Below the pieces are notes generated by a model. The model saw only the letters and a list, made by a program, of their open reading frames with translations, was not told where the DNA came from and searched no databases. Below are positions 62,961 through 64,000 of a stretch of 64,000 nt of DNA, in pieces. The stretch spans positions 101,184,001 to 101,248,000 of the forward strand of contig NC_090329.1 of the NCBI RefSeq assembly GCF_035084215.1, in the 5' to 3' direction. Source of the DNA: Heptranchias perlo (taxonomy: Eukaryota). Made by a program: the position numbers and the translations under genes. The first letter of the stretch is position 1. The number at the start of each line of letters is the position of its first letter.

Positions 62961-64000
62961 AGCACTAACTTTGGAGAAGTGGAAAATATGTTTTTTCAAT
63001 GTCAGGAAACTTGTAAATATTGAGAGCATGTGTGAACAGCATATTGGAAATTAATTTCCAGTCAGCCAACACCATGCCATTATTATTGAAAGGGCCGTGG
63101 TGTTAATTTAGGCTATCTTGGTGGTCATAGAAGTGATTCTTTCTTTGAAGAACATAGTTGTGCCCTGTTGATATCAGTAATGAGAAACCTAAGGTATTCT
63201 GCTGCATTTTTAGCAATTTTAGAGCCTACAGAACAAAAAACAAATACAAATTCTGTATCTATAAACAGCCAGACTTGAAGGGAGATCTCCCCTTTTGCCA
63301 CAGAAACTGTTGGTCAATGGAACATTATTAACAGTACAATTGCATGCAGATGGTGTGATGCTGTTATCAATATTGGCCAATTTTCAACGATGCTGCTGTG
63401 TAATGGGTTGGTGCAGGAACTGGCAAGAAAGTTATGTTTCATAGATATAATTGAAGCAAAGAATAAGATTATATCTAGTACTTGAAACAATTACTATCAG
63501 TGCTATTGACTTTTTTTTGTAATATTAATTGTTTAAGGCACCCTTGTATGAGTTTTGGAATAATTCAGTATTGCACAGTAAATCACAGACACAGGTAGCC
63601 ATCCTTCATGAAGGCAAGGTCAGCCCATTCTAGAAACTCCCACTTTTAAAATAGTTCTGGTCTTATTCTTTACTGTCCGAACGTAATGAATATTTGACTT
63701 ATTGAGGCTGTAATAATATTTGTGTGGGGTTGAACTGTTCTCGTTATGATGAAGTGCTGCTAGAAATTGTTGCAATTACAATTGCCATGGGTGACTGGCA
63801 CAGTGTGTTGGCATGTTAAAGCACTGTTCCAAGGAATAACTTATTCTTACAATTTTTCCACCTCCATGTTGAGTTTCCATTGTCGTCATGATTGTCTGGC
63901 AGAGGTGACAAATTGAGTGAGGTGCTTCCTCTGAGGGAGAGAAAAATTTATAAGTCGACTCTTGCATTGCTCCTAAAGTCCAGTTAAATGGTGGCATTAA

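Noticed and set aside
63304-63490. Possible plus-strand exon after cttttgccacag
   Set aside because: No recognisable protein, weak donor and a stop in the frame matching the 52765 donor.
1-64000. CRISPR arrays, operons or prokaryotic defence RT systems
   Set aside because: Spliced vertebrate gene; every RT is of non-LTR or Penelope type; no repeat-spacer arrays seen.

Overview
Eukaryotic, repeat-rich vertebrate DNA. The repeat families suggest a cartilaginous fish (inference). The 5' two-thirds of the mitotic checkpoint kinase gene TTK/MPS1 lies on the minus strand. I traced a non-coding first exon (~39.2 kb) with a CCAAT/CHR/GC-box cell-cycle promoter and 13 coding exons, from the ATG at 36051 into the kinase N-lobe at 487; one junction is unresolved. 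A second, divergent CpG-island promoter at ~52.3-52.8 kb belongs to an unidentified gene. Much of the rest is transposon-derived: many CR1 LINEs, L2 and Tx1 fragments, solo LTRs, MITEs and ancient SINEs. Highlights: (1) three copies of a ~3.2-kb APE+RT LINE with a tRNA-like Pol III promoter head and no conserved TTTT terminator; (2) a Penelope-like family with an intact minimal hammerhead ribozyme whose three insertions all have exactly 13-bp TSDs ending in TG; (3) a sense solo LTR just upstream of a TTK exon; (4) inverted LINE copies bracketing an in-frame block of TTK exons. All calls were made by eye, and repeat boundaries are approximate unless a TSD is quoted.
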